Notes: a model not told the origin generated them from the letters alone. A DNA stretch of 64,000 nt from a bacterium (GCA_965216635.1 OZ244188.1:160001-224000), one strand, 5' to 3'. Counted from the stretch's first letter, positions 10,307 through 20,094 are shown. Program-made: numbers and translations.

Positions 10307-10624
10307 TTACATTTGCATATCTTTAATTTGTGCTAATTCAATATTAGCGCTTTCGTCTAATGGACATTTTTTTGCTATTTCAATAGCTTCTTCCATACTG
10401 TCTGCCTTAATAATAGTATAACCATTAACTGGATTACTTCCACCATCGTCTACTACTGACTTGTCGCCTTTCACAGTTTTGGAAGGACCTACTGGAGCTC
10501 CCGTATCATGAATAGCTTCACCTATAGATATGAACCAATCTTTCCACTGTTTCATTATTTTATCTCCTTCTTCTTTACTTTCTGGTTTTTTACCTCCGTG
10601 GTAAACGAATAGATATTTTGACAT
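10307..10624 (-). CDS. YciI/DGPF-like protein
   Basis: YLFVYHGG...W..WF...GYTIIKADSMEEAIEIAKKCP pattern. Confidence 0.75.
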   Translation of the reverse strand: MSKYLFVYHGGKKPESKEEGDKIMKQWKDWFISIGEAIHDTGAPVGPSKTVKGDKSVVDDGGSNPVNGYTIIKADSMEEAIEIAKKCPLDESANIELAQIKDMQM

Positions 10625-10764
10625 TTTATTTTTTGTTTATAATTTTTGTGATATTTACAGAGATTTTTTGCATTGATTTTAGTTCAAACAAAAACACTCA
10701 CTTTTCAGTAAAAAAACTATCAAAAAAAAATCTATTTTGCAATAGTATTTTTAATAAGTTCAGA

Positions 10765-11226
10765 TTAAAACTGATTTGGGGTTGTTTGGCGGAGAGCTTC
10801 AAAAGCTACAATAGCTACAGCACTAGAGAGGTTATAACTGCGAAGTCCTTTATTAAAGATGGGAATAGTATAACAACGAGCCTTATGCTCGCCTAGTATT
10901 TGTTTGCCTAAACCTGTAATTTCGCTTCCAAAAATCAAAAAATCGTCTTTTTGAAACTTTATGCGGGTATAAGGTTTGTTACTTTTTGTTGTTAGTAGAT
11001 AGTAATTTTTTCCCTTTAGATTTTTAAGATAAGTTGCGCTATCTTCAAAATAGCTATAATCCACTAAATGCCAATAGTCTAAGCCTGCTCTTTTTAGGTG
11101 CTTGTCTGTCAGCTCAAAACCCAGCTTACCTACTAAATGTAGACGAATATTAGTGCCAGCGCAAAGACGGGCAATATTACCAGTATTGGGAGGGATTTGG
11201 GGATTGATTAGGGTAATAGTCAACAT
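10765..11226 (-). CDS. trmL: tRNA (cytidine/uridine-34 2'-O)-methyltransferase TrmL
   Basis: PQIPPNTGNIARLC, RAGLDYW, FGSE..GL, RSYNLS SPOUT motifs. Confidence 0.95.
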   Translation of the reverse strand: MLTITLINPQIPPNTGNIARLCAGTNIRLHLVGKLGFELTDKHLKRAGLDYWHLVDYSYFEDSATYLKNLKGKNYYLLTTKSNKPYTRIKFQKDDFLIFGSEITGLGKQILGEHKARCYTIPIFNKGLRSYNLSSAVAIVAFEALRQTTPNQF

Positions 11227-11256
11227 TACTATTTTTGGGAGTGTTATAATTTAGTA

Positions 11257-11299
11257 TAGACTTTTGAATTTGCCAAATAGGACAAAACCAGCTATGACG
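11257..11299. mobile_element. Truncated MITE-like repeat (one end)
   Basis: TAGACTTTTGAATTTGCCAAATAGGACAAAACCAGCT matches the reverse complement of the right end of the 5448 copy. Confidence 0.75.
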
Positions 11300-11566
11300 T
11301 TTTGCTTCAAGCAAAATTCCCTGAAATACCAGCTCGCACTATAGCTACAGTTCTAAATAGAGAAGAAAAAAAAGAAGTAGCATGAAGTTAAGGTGGATTT
11401 AAAATAAAATGTTCAAGGAGTGAAAAAGGATTTAAAAGAAGGGTTTGCAAAAATAGATAAAGAAATCCAAAAACTTAAAACGGAGATTATTCTTATAAAA
11501 TGGACACTGGTCCTGGTTCTTGTAGCGGTGGTTATTCCTATTTTACAAAATATTTTTAGATTTTAG
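11293..11566 (+). pseudogene. Disrupted DUF1640/CCDC90-like coiled-coil membrane protein
   Basis: Frame 1: YDVLLQAKFPEIPARTIATVLNREEKKEVA*. Shifted frame: HEVKVDLK*NVQGVKKDLKEGFAKIDKEIQKLKTEIILIKWTLVLVLVAVVIPILQNIFRF*. Head, coiled coil and KW-TM tail layout; the 5' end is replaced by the repeat. Confidence 0.6.
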
Positions 11567-11671
11567 AGGCAGGTTTTTATTTTCTGATTTTTGAATTTGT
11601 CAATAAAAGGGCATCACAACAAACATATGCCCTATTATAATATCTAACTGCGAGGCACTTCTTTTTGTAAA

Positions 11672-12517
11672 TTATTCTTCACCCCTAATATGCAAAAATA
11701 CTGGAAAACGGGGTATTCCTTTTTTTGTAAAACCTTGATAACGAAAGGTCACGCGGCTTCCTAATGGCGGTGGATTTTTTCTTTGAGCATCACTCAAACC
11801 ACTGCCAATATAAAAAACAACACCATCGTCTCCTTGAACCTTGAGAGAGCCTACCATTTGGGAAAATTTTCCTTTTCCTTTTTTATAACCCAAAACTGTA
11901 GCTTCAGCGTCGTTATAAGGTTTCAGTTTTAGCAAATCTTGACTTCGTCCTTTTTTATAGAGTGCAGTTTTTTTGTGTAGCATCAAGCCTTCACCTCCTC
12001 TATCTATTGTATTTTTTAATTGCTGCATTAATTGAGCTTCATCTGCGACCTGATTTTGCTGGACGAGTTTCAAGTAGGCAGAGCTATTCGTTTTTACTAT
12101 TTTTCTCATTTGCTTTAGTCTTGTATCAAAAATCCCTGAATTTTTCGGCGAATCAAAAATCCAAAAAGCGATTTCTTGCCAGCCTTTGTGAGGTTTGTCT
12201 TGGCTAACGACAGAAAAAATGTCTTCGTATTTTTTATTTACTGCCCATAATTCTCCGTCTAGAGCTATTTTTGGAAATAATGCAGTGAACCAAATCGGTG
12301 CATCAAAAACTTTACCTCCTCGTGAAATAAGCTGTTTTCCATCCCAATGAGCCCTCACTCCATCTAGTTTTTCGCTGACCCAATATTGAGTAACATCAAT
12401 GTTCTCAGAATAGATTTTTGCTAACATTAAATCGGGAGATTTTTCTTTTTTACTAAAAGAAGAAAAAGTAAAAAAGAATAGTAGCAAGCAACTATAGAAA
12501 AAAATTTGTTTAATCAT
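11672..12517 (-). CDS. Minimal ATP-dependent DNA ligase with signal peptide (LigE type)
   Basis: SEKLDGVRA (motif I), LDGELW, GEGLML, LLKLKP, OB domain ending in PRFP; hydrophobic N-terminus. Confidence 0.9.
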   Translation of the reverse strand: MIKQIFFYSCLLLFFFTFSSFSKKEKSPDLMLAKIYSENIDVTQYWVSEKLDGVRAHWDGKQLISRGGKVFDAPIWFTALFPKIALDGELWAVNKKYEDIFSVVSQDKPHKGWQEIAFWIFDSPKNSGIFDTRLKQMRKIVKTNSSAYLKLVQQNQVADEAQLMQQLKNTIDRGGEGLMLHKKTALYKKGRSQDLLKLKPYNDAEATVLGYKKGKGKFSQMVGSLKVQGDDGVVFYIGSGLSDAQRKNPPPLGSRVTFRYQGFTKKGIPRFPVFLHIRGEE

Positions 12518-12544
12518 TTTTTATGAAAGGTAATGTGAAAATTT

Positions 12545-12632
12545 TTATTTAAAATAATATTTCAACTCTGATAGTGGGATTTGCCCATTTACAAAGTTCA
12601 TTGAAGTTTGTTCTCGGGTGCTTAAGTCTTTA
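12545..12632 (-). repeat. Displaced duplicate of the hisS 3' end (partner 14355-14442)
   Basis: 12578-12632 vs 14388-14442 match at 52/55 nt. This copy encodes KDLSTREQTSMNFVNGQIPLSELKYYFK* vs HisS KDLSTREQTSIDFVNGQISLAKLENYFS*. Confidence 0.92.
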
Positions 12633-14285
12633 CTACTCTATTCGCCAAGTTTTGACTGCGATTTCAGCTAATTTTACTTGTCTAGAATTGATTTCTGCAA
12701 GTTTCCATTCTGTATAATTTTCAATATTACGATTGATAGAATATTTACTTTTAAGCAGGATCTTTTTTTTTTTTTCAAAGTCTTCTTGACCTGGATTTTC
12801 TTTGCTTGGTAATAAAGCCATATTGCCTAATCTTTGATTGCATTGCCCCCAATCATTTCCAAAATAATCTATCCATTCTTCTTGTGGGTTAAGAGGCAAA
12901 ATATGCTCTACTGTTAGATCTGTTTCACTAATGTTTTTTTTACTCTCAAATTCTTCTAATCTTGCCAATAGATAGCAAGCTCTCTTATTAGATTTTTTTG
13001 TAGGCATTACCTTTTCCTCAAAGTTCTGCTTAAAAATTTTATCGTTTGGATAAAGTGTTAATAATTTTTCTTTTACAGCATCAATTTTACAGCCTTTGGT
13101 AATAGCAACACAAATATCATTATAAAGAATTTCTTGTTCACCTGAATGTCCTCGACCAATTATATTGTAGCGTAAAGATAAAACACAAACCCATTCCAAG
13201 ATAATGTGAAAATCCTGTTTAAATTTCAAATAGCTTGCAAGTAATAGACTAATAGGCTTGCGAACACCAAATAAATGTAAGAATGAAATATTTTTTTTAA
13301 TCTTTCCAACTTGTTGATTAATCTTGTAGTCTTTCCAAAACTCACTATTTTCACTTACTAAAGCTCCATATAGATAACAGTCTGCAACAAGTTTATTGAG
13401 ATATTCATCCGACTGTTCTTTTTGCTGGATTTCTTGCCTGATGGCTCTAAATAGATGATTTTGACGCACCAGTTTATGATGATTATTCCAGTGAGCTAAT
13501 ATATATTCTGTATAGCTTTTTCCCGAAATATTTGCTCCTATTTTTTCCCATTTTTCATCCCATTCGTCCAAAATATTATCAGGGGTATCCCCCTCATCAT
13601 CAATTTTAGAAAATAGATAATTTTTTAATAAATCAGCAGAGGAAAGTTTTACCCCTCTTGCGTTGAGAGTTTCAAATATCTTGTAAGCATTAAGTTCATC
13701 TCCTATGTAAAGTGTTGTAAAAAACATTCTATTTGTCATTTTATTAACTAGACTGCTAATTTTTTCTCCTTCACTAATAGCAGCAAATTTTTCACTAAAA
13801 AAATCTATTGATTTTCTCATCAAACTCACAGTTTCTTTTACATTTCGTCTGGGGATTTCGTTTTCGTCTACTGCACTGCGGTAGTGATAATCATTATTAC
13901 GATTGAGCTTTAGTTTGTTTTCTACACGTAAATAGACTAAATCTTTCGTACCAATAAAGTTTTTTAGTAGCTCGTCTGCTCGTTCTTTGTCATCGATTTT
14001 TTTCAGTCTTTTAATGGCTGCTAAAATCAATAAAGAAAAGGTAGTTAATCGCTGTTGCCCATCAATCACTTTGTAGAAACGTTCTTCTGTTTCTTCTAAT
14101 ACAAGATAGCCCATATAATGATACTCTTCTTCAGAATTAACAAGCTCTATATCTTCCCATAAATCTCTCCAATGTTCATTTTCCCAAGAATAGTCTCTTT
14201 GAAATTTTGGAACTAAGTATTTTTTACCATTGCCAAATATATCTCTCAGACTCTCATCTTTAGGATTAACTATTACTTTTGGCAT
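12633..14285 (-). CDS. DUF262 + DUF1524 protein (GmrSD / type IV restriction-like)
   Basis: PKFQRDYSW, IDGQQRLTT, FETLNARG (DUF262); EHILP...LGNMALL (HNH-type DUF1524). Confidence 0.9.
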   Translation of the reverse strand: MPKVIVNPKDESLRDIFGNGKKYLVPKFQRDYSWENEHWRDLWEDIELVNSEEEYHYMGYLVLEETEERFYKVIDGQQRLTTFSLLILAAIKRLKKIDDKERADELLKNFIGTKDLVYLRVENKLKLNRNNDYHYRSAVDENEIPRRNVKETVSLMRKSIDFFSEKFAAISEGEKISSLVNKMTNRMFFTTLYIGDELNAYKIFETLNARGVKLSSADLLKNYLFSKIDDEGDTPDNILDEWDEKWEKIGANISGKSYTEYILAHWNNHHKLVRQNHLFRAIRQEIQQKEQSDEYLNKLVADCYLYGALVSENSEFWKDYKINQQVGKIKKNISFLHLFGVRKPISLLLASYLKFKQDFHIILEWVCVLSLRYNIIGRGHSGEQEILYNDICVAITKGCKIDAVKEKLLTLYPNDKIFKQNFEEKVMPTKKSNKRACYLLARLEEFESKKNISETDLTVEHILPLNPQEEWIDYFGNDWGQCNQRLGNMALLPSKENPGQEDFEKKKKILLKSKYSINRNIENYTEWKLAEINSRQVKLAEIAVKTWRIE

Positions 14286-14354
14286 TTTAATTTTTAATAC
14301 TGTTTTTAGTTAAAAACTTTTTATTGTTAGATAATATCAATTTCACAATAATAC

Positions 14355-15728
14355 TCAAGAAAAATAATTTTCTAGTTTGGCGAGAGAGATTTGCCCATTT
14401 ACAAAATCTATTGAAGTTTGTTCTCGGGTGCTTAAGTCTTTAATGCTGATAGTTTTTTTTTGTTTTTCTTCTTCTCCATAAAGCAGAACCCAACGAATTT
14501 TTTTTTTTTCGGCGTAGCTAAGTTGGTTTTTTATTTTTTTATCTTCTAAATAGTGTTCTACAGCTATACCGATTTTTCTAATTTTTTCTGCTATTAAAAA
14601 GTTTTCGGCTAGGTAATCTTCTCCCATAAAAGTAATCAGCAATTTATTTTCTGCTTGTTCTTCTTTTGGGGTGTTTTTTTCAGCGTTCAGAACAGCATCA
14701 AAAAGACGTGATAAGCCTACTGATAAGCCTATACCCGGTAGTTTTTTGTTGATAAACTGGCTTGCTAAATTATCATATCTTCCTCCACTACAAACAGAAC
14801 CTAATTGAGAATAATTGTCTAATTCTGTCTCAAAAACAATTCCAGTGTAATAGTCTAGCCCTCTAGCTAATTGAGGATTAAACCAAAAAATATTTTTATA
14901 ACCTGGATTATCTTCTAATATTTGAAAGGTTTGCTTCATTTCTTGGATTGCATTTTGGTAATTTGGTCCGAATGGAAATTGTGTTGCGAACTTATCTAGA
15001 CGATCTATGCTCTTATCTCCTACTGTTTCATCTAAAAAATTTAAAAATTGAAAAAATTCTTCTTTTTTGATTCCACTAAAATATTGCTCTAGCCTAGCAT
15101 CAAAATTATTTCTAGGATTTGTCTGTAAACTGGTTAGGTATTTATCAATTCGGCGGACTAGTTCTGCTAGCTCTTGTTCGTTTCTACAATTACTATAATA
15201 CTTTAGATAACCTCGTAGAATTTCACGGTGGTTAATATAAATTCTAAATTCTCCTAAACCTAATGATTTAAAAATACTTGCCACTAAAAACAAAATTTCT
15301 ACGCTATGATAATGCGAAAGATTTTCTTGATTAATAATATCAAAATCGCACTGGTAAAATTGGCGGTATCTTCCTTTTTGAGCTCGTTCTCCTCTCCAAA
15401 CAGGTTGGATTTGATAGCGACGGAAAGGAAATGTTAAGTTATGAAAGTGGGTTGCGACATAGCGAGCTAAAGGCACAGTCAAATCAAATCGTAAGCCTAA
15501 ATCTTTGCTGCCTTCGTCTTCGGATTGCACTCGTCTTAAACCATAAATTTCTTTGGAGTTACCACCTTTTTGGAGTAAAGTTGTTAGTCTTTCTACAGCT
15601 GGAGTTTCTATAGGATCTGCTCCATAGGATGCAAAAATATTTTTTATTTTATCTATTATGTTTTGGAAAGCTTTCTGTTGTTGCGGTAAAAACTCGGGAA
15701 AGCCTGATATATTTTTGGAAGATACCAC
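14355..15728 (-). CDS. hisS: Histidine--tRNA ligase
   Basis: LRFDLTVPLARY, WRGERAQKGRYRQFYQCDFD, RGLDYYTG, GGRYD. Confidence 0.97.
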   Translation of the reverse strand: MVSSKNISGFPEFLPQQQKAFQNIIDKIKNIFASYGADPIETPAVERLTTLLQKGGNSKEIYGLRRVQSEDEGSKDLGLRFDLTVPLARYVATHFHNLTFPFRRYQIQPVWRGERAQKGRYRQFYQCDFDIINQENLSHYHSVEILFLVASIFKSLGLGEFRIYINHREILRGYLKYYSNCRNEQELAELVRRIDKYLTSLQTNPRNNFDARLEQYFSGIKKEEFFQFLNFLDETVGDKSIDRLDKFATQFPFGPNYQNAIQEMKQTFQILEDNPGYKNIFWFNPQLARGLDYYTGIVFETELDNYSQLGSVCSGGRYDNLASQFINKKLPGIGLSVGLSRLFDAVLNAEKNTPKEEQAENKLLITFMGEDYLAENFLIAEKIRKIGIAVEHYLEDKKIKNQLSYAEKKKIRWVLLYGEEEKQKKTISIKDLSTREQTSIDFVNGQISLAKLENYFS

Positions 15729-15731
15729 AGG

Positions 15732-16616
15732 TTAAGAGGTGATTCTTTTTTGGCGAAGATTTTCTATGAGAGCAGAAGTGTCCCATTTTTGCTTGCCGTC
15801 TTCTTCTAATAAAGCGTAATATTTATCTACAAGACTAGTGACAGGTAAAGCTATGTTTTTTTCTTGTGCTTCGTTTAAACAAATGGCTAAATCTTTTCTC
15901 ATCCATTTCAAAGCAAAACCAAAATCAAATTTTCCTTCTATCATAGTATCCGCTCTATTTTCCATTTGCCAAGAACTTGCAGCCCCTTTGTTAATAGTGG
16001 ACATGATTTTTTTTATATTGATACCAGATTTTTCGCCAAAGTAAATAGCTTCGGACAACCCTTGCAGTAATCCAGCAATGCAAATTTGGTTGACCATTTT
16101 TGCTAGCTGTCCGTGTCCAGCAGGACCTATAAGTTCTGCTTTTTGAGAATAACATTGAAAGCATGGTTTTGCTTTATTAAAAGCAGTTTCGTTTCCTCCC
16201 ACCATAATTGTAAGGATTCCTTTTTCAGCACCTAGTTGTCCCCCAGATACTGGAGCATCCAAAAAATCAATATTTTTTTCTTGGCAATTTTTTTCTAATT
16301 GTTGGGCTAATTTTGCAGAAGCAGTGGTGTGATCTATGAGTAAGCTTCCTTCTTTCATTGCGTTCAAAACTCCTGTTTCACCTCCCACGACAGAGAGAAC
16401 ATCATCATCGTTGCCGACACACAACATTACAAAATCTGCATCTTTAGCAGCTATAGCAGGAGTATCTTTTGCTTCGCCTGAGTGTTTTTTTAGCCATAAT
16501 TGGGATTTTTCTGCGGTGCGGTTAAAAACAGTGACTTCGTAGCCCGCGTCTGCTAAGTGTCCTGCCATAGAAAAACCCATTACACCTAAACCGATAAAAC
16601 AAACTTTTGCTTTCAT
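15732..16616 (-). CDS. NAD(P)-dependent 3-hydroxyisobutyrate dehydrogenase / beta-hydroxyacid dehydrogenase family
   Basis: FIGLGVMG, DAPVSGG, KMVNQ, MRKDL. Confidence 0.9.
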   Translation of the reverse strand: MKAKVCFIGLGVMGFSMAGHLADAGYEVTVFNRTAEKSQLWLKKHSGEAKDTPAIAAKDADFVMLCVGNDDDVLSVVGGETGVLNAMKEGSLLIDHTTASAKLAQQLEKNCQEKNIDFLDAPVSGGQLGAEKGILTIMVGGNETAFNKAKPCFQCYSQKAELIGPAGHGQLAKMVNQICIAGLLQGLSEAIYFGEKSGINIKKIMSTINKGAASSWQMENRADTMIEGKFDFGFALKWMRKDLAICLNEAQEKNIALPVTSLVDKYYALLEEDGKQKWDTSALIENLRQKRITS

Positions 16617-16644
16617 TTTAGAGAATGTGAGGTTGAAAATAAAA

Positions 16645-16905
16645 TTAGGCTGATTGTTGAGGCAGTATATTTACTAATTTCTTATTATTGCTGCTGTGGA
16701 ATTTTACTACACCTTCTGATTTTGCAAAGAGAGTAAAATCTCTGCCTGTGCCGACATTGTCGCCTGCATAAAATTTATTACCTACTTGACGCACTAAAAT
16801 AGTTCCAGATGATACTAGTTGACCGTCAAATTTTTTTACACCTCTGAATTTAGGTTTAGAGTCCCTACCATTTCTGGTGCTGCCTTGTCCTTTTTTATGT
16901 GCCAT
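16645..16905 (-). CDS. rpmA: 50S ribosomal protein L27
   Basis: [16 protein letters not shown]. Confidence 0.98.
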   Translation of the reverse strand: MAHKKGQGSTRNGRDSKPKFRGVKKFDGQLVSSGTILVRQVGNKFYAGDNVGTGRDFTLFAKSEGVVKFHSSNNKKLVNILPQQSA

Positions 16906-16960
16906 AATTTTTTAATTTAAAAAATTTGGGAATTATACGCTTAAAAAACCATTGTCTATT

Positions 16961-17155
16961 TTATTTATAAACATTGATTTTTGAAAATGCGTGTTTTAAA
17001 ACTTTATCAATCTGTATAATTTTTTCTTTTCCTATCTCTTTTTCTGCTTTTTCTCTTTCCTTTGTAGTTAAGTGAGAACTGGCTTTTTCATAAGGGGACA
17101 TATTACAAATGTCCTTTATTTCAATCCCCTTATTTTTAACTTCTGTTTTTATCAT
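16961..17155 (-). CDS. Hypothetical protein (64 aa), possibly a remnant
   Basis: Starts 2 nt after the stop of the upstream gene; no motif recognised. Confidence 0.4.
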   Translation of the reverse strand: MIKTEVKNKGIEIKDICNMSPYEKASSHLTTKEREKAEKEIGKEKIIQIDKVLKHAFSKINVYK

Positions 17156-17157
17156 TA

Positions 17158-17811
17158 TTAGTTAAAAATCCAATCTGCTAGTGATTTGTATTCTAATTCT
17201 GAACCTTCTATTTTAAAATAAGTTATATTAAAATTTTGTCCATCTTTATCTATTGTAAATTGAATTTTAGTCGGTTGTCCCTCTGCGATATAATATTTAT
17301 TTCTATAAGCAACTGCAGCAGAAAGTAATATAGAACTTGCATACTTACCCTCGGATTTAAAACTATTAGGTCTCTCCTCAGTACAAGTATTAAATAATAT
17401 AACGGTAAGATATTCCACTGGAGCGTCATAATCAAAATCATATCCCCGAACAATGCCTTTAGTATCACAACTACTAATATACTTCCCCAAAACAAGAACA
17501 TCATTCATATTTTTAAGGTTATATTTCTCTTTTTCTGTCTTACTGCTAATACTTATTTTTTCATCAAAATATCTTTTATCCAAATCTTTACCAACCTTCC
17601 CTTGAAATTCTACTATAGTTTTTTGTTTTTTGGTTTTGAATGTAGTCCATTTTCCATCAGTAAAACTAGATTCCAATGCATCACCAATAGCAACCGAAGG
17701 ATAAGACTCTAAAACACCAGTTTTGACTAATTTAATAGGACTTTCTTTACAACCAACTAACAGCAAAGCAAAACAAACCAGAGCAATAACTCTGTACATA
17801 ATTTTATTCAT
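17158..17811 (-). CDS. Putative lipoprotein
   Basis: Signal peptide with lipobox LLVGC; function unknown. Confidence 0.75.
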   Translation of the reverse strand: MNKIMYRVIALVCFALLLVGCKESPIKLVKTGVLESYPSVAIGDALESSFTDGKWTTFKTKKQKTIVEFQGKVGKDLDKRYFDEKISISSKTEKEKYNLKNMNDVLVLGKYISSCDTKGIVRGYDFDYDAPVEYLTVILFNTCTEERPNSFKSEGKYASSILLSAAVAYRNKYYIAEGQPTKIQFTIDKDGQNFNITYFKIEGSELEYKSLADWIFN

Positions 17812-17866
17812 AAGTAATATAAGTTAAGTTAAGATTTTTAGTTTTTTTCATTTTTTTATGAATAAA

Positions 17867-18418
17867 TTATTTTGATTCTTTAGGTTTTGGACTAGTTGGT
17901 TTAGAATCGCTTGATTTTTTACTAGTTGGTTTAGAATCGCTTGATTTTTTACTAGTTGGTTTTGTCGCACCCGCTGTTTTAGCAGAATCTGTTTTGACTA
18001 CTTTAGTTACTTTAGCCGTTTTTGCTTGCTCTGCTGCTTGTTTTTTTTTTCTATGGGATGGTTTTACAACTTTTGTGGTTTTATCATCTTCCAATAGATC
18101 CTTGCCGTTCACCAAAATTTTTTCAATTAAAAGAGTGGTCTTATATTGCCGATGCCCTTGTTTTTTTTTATAACCTTTTCTTCTTTTCTTTTTAAAAACA
18201 ACAATTTTTTTATCTCTACCTTGCTCTAATACTTTTGCTTGCACCACAGCCTTAGCTACAAAAGGAGTACCTAAAATCACTTTGCTTTCTTGTCTTAGTA
18301 AAAGGACTTGATCCAAAGGAAAAGTTTCGTCTTTTTTGTAGGGTAGCTTATCTACAGAAATACGATTTTGAGGTTTTACTTTCCATTGCTTGCCTGAAAT
18401 TTTTACGATTGCATACAT
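17867..18418 (-). CDS. rplU: 50S ribosomal protein L21 with long Lys/Ser/Thr-rich C-terminal extension
   Basis: MYAIVKISGKQWKV...KKQGHRQ. True ATG is 18418; the track start at 18472 is the TTG of a -35 box. Confidence 0.96.
   Translation of the reverse strand: MYAIVKISGKQWKVKPQNRISVDKLPYKKDETFPLDQVLLLRQESKVILGTPFVAKAVVQAKVLEQGRDKKIVVFKKKRRKGYKKKQGHRQYKTTLLIEKILVNGKDLLEDDKTTKVVKPSHRKKKQAAEQAKTAKVTKVVKTDSAKTAGATKPTSKKSSDSKPTSKKSSDSKPTSPKPKESK
17891..17962. repeat. 30-bp tandem repeat x2.4 in the rplU tail (KPTSKKSSDS)
   Basis: ACTAGTTGGTTTAGAATCGCTTGATTTTTT repeated exactly. Confidence 0.95.
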
Positions 18419-18443
18419 AATATAAATAGTTAATATACTAATG

Positions 18444-18472
18444 AGATTAGAATTTTTTAAAACTTTTGTCAA
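18444..18472 (-). promoter_or_regulatory. Sigma70 promoter of rplU
   Basis: TTGACA-17-TAATCT on the minus strand. Confidence 0.65.
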
Positions 18473-18575
18473 ACTTTTTAATATAATCTCTAGAAATTAT
18501 TTAATTTATCTTTTATTTAAGAAAAGAATGGAATTTTTTTTGCTTAATAGGTAGTTTATTGTTAACTTGAACTAA

Positions 18576-19880
18576 ATGATGAAAAAAATATATTTTCTTT
18601 TTGGGGCTCTTATTTTTTTTACTTTGAGTATTCATTCTACGCTAGCTTCTAGTAGGCTATATTATGAATTAGACCAGAGTATTTTACAATCTAATCTTGA
18701 AAAGAAACAAGCCTACCTATCTATTATTTTTGATTCTAAAATCAGAAATGAAAATATAGATAAAATCAGACTAAAAAAAGCTATTGCTACAAATTTAGCA
18801 GCCAACTACCGAGTTGCTAGTCCTATACAAACGCAGCAATTTTTTAAAAACCATTCTATTAGTCTGGATACATTGAGAAAGGATAAAAGTTTGTTGCAAC
18901 AATTTTTTTCAAAGACAAAAACGAATATTTTAGTTCATACAGCTTTGCAAGAAAAAGGTAATATTGTGGTTGCCGAATATAGAATTTTTGGGAAAAATAC
19001 TCACCAAATAGGAATAACAACGCAGTCTTTCCTTAAAACACAGTTTTATAAGCAGTCCCAGAATTCTGAACCGAAAATTCTGCCTAATCTATTGGTTTCT
19101 TCAGAAAATAATCTAGGCGGTCTCCTAGCCCAACAAAATTTAGAAGAGTTTTTTGAACAACCCACTAAGGCAATAGATAATTTTATAAACCAATCAGAAC
19201 CTGTTGCAGAAAATGGAAATTCTTGGTCTTTTTATTTACCTACCGCTTATTTTCCAGTAAGAACCCACAGCCTAGAAATCAATTTTGCTATAGAAGATTT
19301 GCGATTCGTAAAAATTCAAGGTGAATCTTATCGTTATCTTTTTGGTAATTCTCTTTTTGAGTTTTCTACGAATTTGCAAACCAGAAACTCTAGCCTTTAT
19401 CAAAGTTTTGTGGGTATTAAAGCGGGTATTTTTCAAAGAGATGACCTCCAATCTCCTTTTAGACTCGCACTGGGCGTGCGAACCCTCTTTCAAAAAAATG
19501 AATCATCAAGAAGTGATCCTTCAGAAGATACAAATAAGAAAGATGAAAGAAAAAAATTAAGAAGGCTATCTTTTTTTGCAGTGGCAAGTGGCAATATTTC
19601 CCCTCACAATATAATTTACAATATTTATTTGGATAACTATACTATTGGAGGAGGTATAAAATACAAATTGCCTCATAGAATTTTTCTATTTTTGGATAGC
19701 CGTTTGGATTATGAAAGCAAAGCCAAAGAATCTTTTTTAGCTCTAGGTTTTGAGCATTTTCCAGCGGATAGCGTTGGTTATACTTTGACTTATAAAACAG
19801 AAGAAAGAAAAATAGAAAATTCTAGCGATAAAAAAGAAAAAGTATCATTAGTAGTGTTTGGTATTAAAATTTCTTTTTAA
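18576..19880 (+). CDS. Exported protein with probable C-terminal beta-barrel (outer membrane)
   Basis: Signal peptide, amphipathic strands in the C-half, terminal VVFGIKISF. Confidence 0.6.
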   Translation: MMKKIYFLFGALIFFTLSIHSTLASSRLYYELDQSILQSNLEKKQAYLSIIFDSKIRNENIDKIRLKKAIATNLAANYRVASPIQTQQFFKNHSISLDTLRKDKSLLQQFFSKTKTNILVHTALQEKGNIVVAEYRIFGKNTHQIGITTQSFLKTQFYKQSQNSEPKILPNLLVSSENNLGGLLAQQNLEEFFEQPTKAIDNFINQSEPVAENGNSWSFYLPTAYFPVRTHSLEINFAIEDLRFVKIQGESYRYLFGNSLFEFSTNLQTRNSSLYQSFVGIKAGIFQRDDLQSPFRLALGVRTLFQKNESSRSDPSEDTNKKDERKKLRRLSFFAVASGNISPHNIIYNIYLDNYTIGGGIKYKLPHRIFLFLDSRLDYESKAKESFLALGFEHFPADSVGYTLTYKTEERKIENSSDKKEKVSLVVFGIKISF

Positions 19881-20028
19881 GAAAAAATGAGTTGAGATAA
19901 ACATTCCTAAAAAGGAAGTTATACAAATATTCTTAGAACCAAATTTTGTAAATTAGCAGTATATCATTCTTCCTAAAGTTTTTGCTTTAATTATGTTTTT
20001 GTAGTAGTATAACCTTTTACTAATAATA

Positions 20029-20087
20029 TAGACCTTTGAATTTGTGTTCTGTGACGGCTAAACTAGATAAGCAAATTCAAAAGTCTA
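20029..20087. mobile_element. MITE-like repeat, minimal 59-bp copy
   Basis: TAGACCTTTGAATTTG ... CAAATTCAAAAGTCTA, ending 7 nt before the ppiA ATG. Confidence 0.8.
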
Positions 20088-20094
20088 TAATACA

